Assembly (NCBI GenBank): GCA_963662405.2
Contig: CAXXKT010000001.1
Location: 864,001 to 928,000, forward strand
Source: Syntrophales bacterium
GTDB lineage: Bacteria > Desulfobacterota > Syntrophia > Syntrophales > UBA2210
DNA length: 64,000 nucleotides
Direction: 5' to 3'
A model generated the notes under the pieces. That model did not search any database and had not been told where the DNA came from. It worked only from the letters and a program-made list of their open reading frames with translations. Below are positions 58,673-64,000 of the stretch, one piece after another (positions within the stretch are counted from its first letter, which is position 1; every line of letters starts with the position of its first letter). The position numbers and the translations under genes were made by a program.

Positions 58673-59347
58673 TTACGAATTATTCAATACCACCAAGGCG
58701 TCCACGGCGATGGGCTGGTCCCCGGAGATGATAACGGGGTTGATGTCTATCTCAGCGATCTCGTCGTGTTCATTCCCGAGGTTGCCGATGCCGACCAGCG
58801 CCTTGACGAGGGCCTCCCGGTCAACGGCGGGACTCCCGCGGAATTCATCAAGGAGCTTCTTGGTCTTGATCTCTTCGATCATCTCCCGGGCGTCGATCTC
58901 CGTAATGGGGGCCACCCTGAAACTGACATCATTCAAGACTTCCGTGAATATACCGCCCAGACCGAACATGACGCAGGGGCCGAATTGGGGATCACGGGTG
59001 AGACCGATGACAAATTCGCGCTGTCCCTTGACCATCTCCTGCACCAGGACACCATCGAGTTCCAGACCGGTGGCCATGATCTCGTCATATGCCCGTGCCA
59101 CATCATCGCTGCCGCTCAGTCCCAGCTTGACCATCCCCATCTCCGTCTTGTGGGTTAACGTACTGGAACACCCCTTCAGGACAACGGGAAACCCGATCTC
59201 TTCGGCCAGCCTGACGGCCTCGTCTCGGGATGTTGCAAGCCCTTCCTTCGTAATCGTTACCCCGGCCGATGCAACAACACGTTTCGAATCATACTCGGAA
59301 AGGGCCTTCTGTTTGTTTTCAATTGCCTTCTGCAGTATTTCTTTCAT
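58673..59347 (-). CDS. ADP-forming acetate/acyl-CoA ligase, ATP-grasp (beta) subunit
   Basis: LSEYDSK, GFPVVLK, HKTE, QEMV, FGP.VMFGLGG, DINP. Confidence 0.9.
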   Translation of the reverse strand: MKEILQKAIENKQKALSEYDSKRVVASAGVTITKEGLATSRDEAVRLAEEIGFPVVLKGCSSTLTHKTEMGMVKLGLSGSDDVARAYDEIMATGLELDGVLVQEMVKGQREFVIGLTRDPQFGPCVMFGLGGIFTEVLNDVSFRVAPITEIDAREMIEEIKTKKLLDEFRGSPAVDREALVKALVGIGNLGNEHDEIAEIDINPVIISGDQPIAVDALVVLNNS

Positions 59348-59415
59348 TATGTCCTCTCTCCCTTTTACACGTCGGTGGCACTACCCGGCGCCACGTCATC
59401 GTGTTTGATGGTATC

Positions 59416-61308
59416 TTATTTTCCCAGGCCTAATTCTTTCGCCGCCTCTTCAATCCCGCCCAGAACCGTTTCATCTTCGATCGTGGAGGGAACCACGTAC
59501 TCTTCCCCATTGGCTATCTTGCGCATGGTCGCCCGCAGGATCTTCCCCGAACGGGTCTTGGGGAGGGCCGTGACGATGGCGCACTGCTTGAAACAGGCAA
59601 CGGCCCCGATATCCGCCCGCACCATCTGCACCAGTTCCTTGACGATCTCCGCCGGATCGCGGTCAACCCCCGCCTTCAGGACGGCGAACCCGACGGGCAC
59701 CTGACCCTTGAGCTGCTCGTTCGCCCCGAGGACGGCGCATTCCGCCACATCCTGGTGCTTCGCCACCACTTCTTCCATGGCGCCGGTGGAGAGTCGGTGT
59801 CCCGCGACATTGATCACGTCATCGATCCGTCCCATGATGAAGAGATAGCCATCTTCATCAACATGCCCCCCGTCTCCGGTCACATAGAATCCCGGAAGCT
59901 CGTTCATATACTCAAGAAATCGTTTGTCGTCGTTCCACAGCGTCGGGAGACACCCAGGGGGAAGGGGAAGTTTGATGGCGATGATGCCGTCCTCACCGGC
60001 GGGGAGTTCGTTCCCCTCGGAATCCACGATCTGGACGTTGTAGCCGGGGACGGCCTTCGTGGGCGATCCCGCCTTGACGGGAAAGGGTTCGATCCCCATG
60101 CAGTTGGCGGCGATGCCCCATCCCGTTTCCGTCTGCCACCAGTGGTCGATAACCGGTATCTTCAGGATAGCAACGGCCCAGTGGTAGGTGTCCGGATCGA
60201 GACGTTCACCGGCCAGAAAGAGATAACGCAGAGGGCCGATATCGTAATTCTTCAGGTACGTAGCGTCCGGATCTTCCTTCTTGATGGCGCGAAAGGCCGT
60301 GGGGGCCGTAAAGAGGACAGAGACGCCGTGCTCAGAGATAACCCGCCAGAATGCCCCGGGATCAGGGGTTCCGACCGGCTTCCCTTCGTAAACGATGGTC
60401 GTACAGCCCGCCAGAAGGGGGGCGTAGACGATGTACGAATGGCCGACCACCCACCCCACATCGGATGCCGCCCAGAAGACCTCACCGGGCTGGATACCGT
60501 ACAGATATCGCATCGACCATTTCAGGGCAACGGCATGGCCGCCGTTGTCGCGCACAACTCCCTTCGGCCTGCCGGTCGTCCCGGAGGTGTAGAGGATATA
60601 CAGGGGATCGGTCGCCTTCACCGCGACGCAATCCGCCGGCTCTGTTGTCCTCATCAGGGTTTCCCAGTCAAAATCCCGTCCCTGTACAAGAGACGCCTCG
60701 ACCTGGGGACGTTGGTATATGACACATTTTTCCGGCTTGTGAGCGGATATCTCAATGGCCTCATCCAGGAGCGGTTTGTAGGGAATAACCTTCTTTCCCT
60801 CAACCCCGCAGGAGGCGGAGACGACCACCTTCGGCTTCGCGTCTTCGATACGGATCGCCAGTTCGTTGGGCGCGAAACCGCCGAAGACCACGGAATGGAC
60901 GGCGCCGATTCGCGCGCAAGCGAGCATGGCAACCGGGGCCTCCGGGATCATCGGCATATAGATGACAACCGTGTCGCCCTTGGAAACCCCCAGGTTTCTA
61001 AGGGCACCTGCAAATTTTGAGACTTTCTCGAGCAACTCGGCGTAGGTTATTTTCCTTACGGTACCAGTGACCGGACTGTCATAGATGATGGCCGTCTGAT
61101 CACCCCGGCCGGTCTCCACGTGATAATCCACCGCGTTGTAGCAGGTGTTCAGCTCCCCTCCGACAAACCACCGATAAAAGGGTTTGTTCGTGTCGTCCAG
61201 GACCGCGTCCCACTTCTTCCCCCACTGCAGCGCCTCGGCAGCCTCCCCCCAGAAAGTCGCGGGGTGGTTGATGGAGCGCTCATATATCTCAGGATATGCA
61301 GCTACCAT
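59416..61308 (-). CDS. prpE: Propionyl-CoA synthetase
   Basis: YTSGTTGRPKGV.RD.GG, DHWWQTETG, VAGHRLSTG, LPKTRSGK. Confidence 0.9.
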   Translation of the reverse strand: MVAAYPEIYERSINHPATFWGEAAEALQWGKKWDAVLDDTNKPFYRWFVGGELNTCYNAVDYHVETGRGDQTAIIYDSPVTGTVRKITYAELLEKVSKFAGALRNLGVSKGDTVVIYMPMIPEAPVAMLACARIGAVHSVVFGGFAPNELAIRIEDAKPKVVVSASCGVEGKKVIPYKPLLDEAIEISAHKPEKCVIYQRPQVEASLVQGRDFDWETLMRTTEPADCVAVKATDPLYILYTSGTTGRPKGVVRDNGGHAVALKWSMRYLYGIQPGEVFWAASDVGWVVGHSYIVYAPLLAGCTTIVYEGKPVGTPDPGAFWRVISEHGVSVLFTAPTAFRAIKKEDPDATYLKNYDIGPLRYLFLAGERLDPDTYHWAVAILKIPVIDHWWQTETGWGIAANCMGIEPFPVKAGSPTKAVPGYNVQIVDSEGNELPAGEDGIIAIKLPLPPGCLPTLWNDDKRFLEYMNELPGFYVTGDGGHVDEDGYLFIMGRIDDVINVAGHRLSTGAMEEVVAKHQDVAECAVLGANEQLKGQVPVGFAVLKAGVDRDPAEIVKELVQMVRADIGAVACFKQCAIVTALPKTRSGKILRATMRKIANGEEYVVPSTIEDETVLGGIEEAAKELGLGK

Positions 61309-61647
61309 CAAATTGCTTCCTCCTTATTACAACGCCTTTCCCCCGAGTTGTAATCAATATCCGTGTATGATCTCAAGTTAATCTGCCGCGTGGTCGACAG
61401 CCTCCGGCTCCCCCCGAATACCGGTTGATATGCATGGCACCTTGGCCGGGGTACAGGCAAGAGAAACGACCAACCCGGACCAGGTCATCTTCGCATTGCA
61501 ACCCCGCCGTCTCGATTTTATATCGTGCTTCCCACCCTTATTCAAGAAGTTTTCCGTCTTTGCAGCTGTGGCAATGATTCGTTCCGGCACGCCGAGGAAC
61601 ACGGGGCGCTCACACTTTTTCAAATGGAGAAGCGCTGTTGTTACCGT

Positions 61648-62187
61648 TCAGCAATGGGGAGCAGAAGAAGCATCCGTCTTTTTCCTGCGTTCAAGTTCGG
61701 CGGCATAGCGATCGCGCAACAGTTGCAAGAACGAGAGGATGGTTGAATAAATGAAACGACCGTCCTCGCTCCCTTCCTGCTCCGCCATCGGCTTCGCCTG
61801 CTCAAAGTCTTCGATCTGCTCGTCAAGGGAGATGATCTGCTGTTCGAACTGATGGAGGATGTTTTCCTGATCAAGGAATCGGAAAAAGAACAGCTTGGTC
61901 AGGAAGTCAAAATCATAATCGACGGGATCCGGAGGTGCAGTGAGACTTTGCGTGAACGCCTTTTTCCCCGCCTCGGTAATGGTATACATATGTTTGTTTG
62001 GTTTGCCGGTCTGGAAAACCACCTCTTTGCGAACCAGATCGGCCATCTCAAGTTTCCGCAGTGCGGGATAAATCTGGTTCAGGCTCAGGTTGTAAGCGAT
62101 CATCATCTTACCGGTTATATTCTTGATACGGTAACCGGTTTTCGGCCCTGACATCAAAAAACCGAGTATCATCATATCTGTTTCCAT
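61648..62187 (-). CDS. PadR-family transcriptional regulator
   Basis: ILGFL..GPKTGY...QIYPALRKLE...YTITEAG; start at METDMM. Confidence 0.92.
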   Translation of the reverse strand: METDMMILGFLMSGPKTGYRIKNITGKMMIAYNLSLNQIYPALRKLEMADLVRKEVVFQTGKPNKHMYTITEAGKKAFTQSLTAPPDPVDYDFDFLTKLFFFRFLDQENILHQFEQQIISLDEQIEDFEQAKPMAEQEGSEDGRFIYSTILSFLQLLRDRYAAELERRKKTDASSAPHC

Positions 62188-62365
62188 CAATTCCCCTCCC
62201 ACGATATCGTTAGTGAAACCAATTCTCAGCAATATACTGTTTGTGAAAAGTATAAGACCGGCGCCTCTCTGTCAAGGCAAATGTGCCCCTGTGACGCATG
62301 GTTATGTCTCCCCGGGCAAGGCGATATTCCCGGGGAGGAAGGGAATTCATTAAAGATGAGTCTTA

Positions 62366-63757
62366 CTATTTCAATAGCTGCGGAACGTCCAGCGGGACAT
62401 CGACGGGTGTTACCACTCTGTCAACAATTTCCCTGGTTCCGGACAGGTTGAGTTTGCCGAAGAGGAAAACAAACTTCTCTTCCAGTTCCGCCCCTATCGC
62501 CTCCAGTACGGTGGGCGGGAGGTCCCACATATCCTTCTTGAAGCGGCCGAACCCCTTCTTTCTGGTCTTGTAGATGAACTGCTCCTCGGAATCTTTTTCC
62601 TTCTTCTCACCCCGCAGATCGGTTTTGATGTACGTGTATATACGTTCTTTCAGGTCCGCAGGGAACGGTCCACTGTCATAGATAATATTCTGGAATCCCG
62701 TCGCCAGATGCACCTCCGACGTCCCCGTCTCCGGGAAACGGTGAAACGCCTCGTCGGGAAGGGTCGATGCCCCGTGTTGCACGGCCCCCGACAGGCCGTA
62801 CCTGGATTTTGCGACCCGGGAGATGTCCTCCAGGGTGCCGAAATCCAGTTTGACCTCGGCGATCGAACCGTCAGGGAGCGGGACACCCCCGTGGGTTGTC
62901 CCCGTCTGGATGCTGATCTTGCTGATCCCCTTCAGCCCGTCTCCTTTCTTTTTCAATTCGACGAGATAATTGTCCATAAAGACATTAAATTCTTCCACGG
63001 TGGTGTTTTTATCGCCGATCTCGCCGATCTCACCCCCGATCGAGACCGTGACTCCGTCCGGTTCTATCTCACGTATCAGGGCGGTTATATCTGCTGTGAC
63101 GGTATAATTCCGTTCCTGCTGTTCCCTGATGGAGGGCCAGCTGAGATCGGCCAGCGTGGAGGCATCGACGTCGATATTGTAAAATCCCGCACCGATTGCT
63201 TCCCGCACCAGCGACGTGACTGACTCATGCTCCGCAGCGGGATCCACGGCATACTTCTTCGCATTGAGCTGGAAGTGGTCACCCTGCAGAAAGAGAGGTC
63301 CCCTGTATCCCGTCTTTATCGCGGCGGCGGTTATAACGGCGGTGTACTCCGCAGGGCGTTGCTCGGTGTACCCGATCTCCGAACGGGCGATCTCAAAGAT
63401 GACGGGTCCGACACCTGCCTTTATGGCCGCCCGGAACACCGCCTGGGCACTGTGATAGGTGATCCCGCGCAGGTTGATCGCCGGTACGGTGAATCCCGAT
63501 ACGCTCCCGCTCCCCATTGCCTCGTACAGGGACTGGATCGATGAGGCCACGCAGCCCCTCTGTACGCCGGCCCTTCGGATCAACCACCGTGAGGCTGTCT
63601 TGACTTCCTCGTCGGGGCTGAAGACGGCGGTGTACACCAGATCATCGATCAGCGTCTCCCGCAGGCGTTGTTCATCGGATAAACTGATATCCCCTGTGTC
63701 GATTGCCAACACGCCGGAGATACCCTGTTTGAGTTGGTCTATTGTCTCGTATATCAT
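62366..63757 (-). CDS. Class II fructose-bisphosphate aldolase (long form)
   Basis: VPAINLR, QGDHFQ, GGEIGEIG, TGTTHGG, VQHGASTLP, HLATGFQ; start at MIYETI. Confidence 0.9.
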   Translation of the reverse strand: MIYETIDQLKQGISGVLAIDTGDISLSDEQRLRETLIDDLVYTAVFSPDEEVKTASRWLIRRAGVQRGCVASSIQSLYEAMGSGSVSGFTVPAINLRGITYHSAQAVFRAAIKAGVGPVIFEIARSEIGYTEQRPAEYTAVITAAAIKTGYRGPLFLQGDHFQLNAKKYAVDPAAEHESVTSLVREAIGAGFYNIDVDASTLADLSWPSIREQQERNYTVTADITALIREIEPDGVTVSIGGEIGEIGDKNTTVEEFNVFMDNYLVELKKKGDGLKGISKISIQTGTTHGGVPLPDGSIAEVKLDFGTLEDISRVAKSRYGLSGAVQHGASTLPDEAFHRFPETGTSEVHLATGFQNIIYDSGPFPADLKERIYTYIKTDLRGEKKEKDSEEQFIYKTRKKGFGRFKKDMWDLPPTVLEAIGAELEEKFVFLFGKLNLSGTREIVDRVVTPVDVPLDVPQLLK

Positions 63758-64000
63758 AACAGATCCCCCTGTATGTTTAGAATGGGCCGTGGAGCGACCA
63801 TCGATCAATCCCCGAGGAATTCCTTTGCCCGTTCCACCTCATGTCTGCTTCCTATATAGATGGGGCAGCGCTGATCGAGTGCCTTCGGTTTCAGCGAAAG
63901 GATGCGCTGCCTCCCGTCCGTCGCCATCCCCCCCGCCTGTTCGACAAGAAATCCCATGGGCTGAAGTTCGAAGATGAGGCGGAGTTTTCCGTCCGGCGCC

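Noticed and set aside
61378..61623. 81-aa ORF between padR and prpE
   Set aside because: No SD or recognisable domain.

Overview
A GC-rich chromosomal window from an anaerobic deltaproteobacterium (Desulfobacterota, probably Syntrophales-like; inferred from gene content). Most of it is housekeeping and acyl-CoA metabolism: ilvA, cls, type III glutamine synthetase with a sigma54/IHF promoter, purD-purH-purE-tsaC, hpt, gltX, gdhA, enoyl-CoA hydratase, CoA ligases, hypAB, three paralogous wHTH/Cys-rich/2x[4Fe-4S] proteins, an RND efflux operon, prpE and class II aldolase. The unusual material is at 7.5-8.9 kb and 14-19.7 kb. (1) An intact IS110 element whose bridge RNA can be read from the sequence: its guide loops match its own insertion site (TGCTTC-CT-GAAA) and its circle junction (AGTTGA-CT-CC), and circularisation would build a TTGACT-17-TAGAGT promoter. 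(2) A three-copy family of ~115-nt minus-strand putative small RNAs, each with TTGACA and a conserved SD-ATG-NNN-TGA two-codon minigene; two copies end in a G-U-rich terminator. (3) A stand-alone, highly structured ~275-nt transcription unit with promoter and terminator and no real ORF. (4) An accretion hotspot between the convergent tag and ilvA genes, where repeated gene 3' ends separate different cargo modules (IPTL-CTERM protein, IS110 plus integron-type cassette, DUF4405 protein). All family names come from motif recognition by eye, not database searches.
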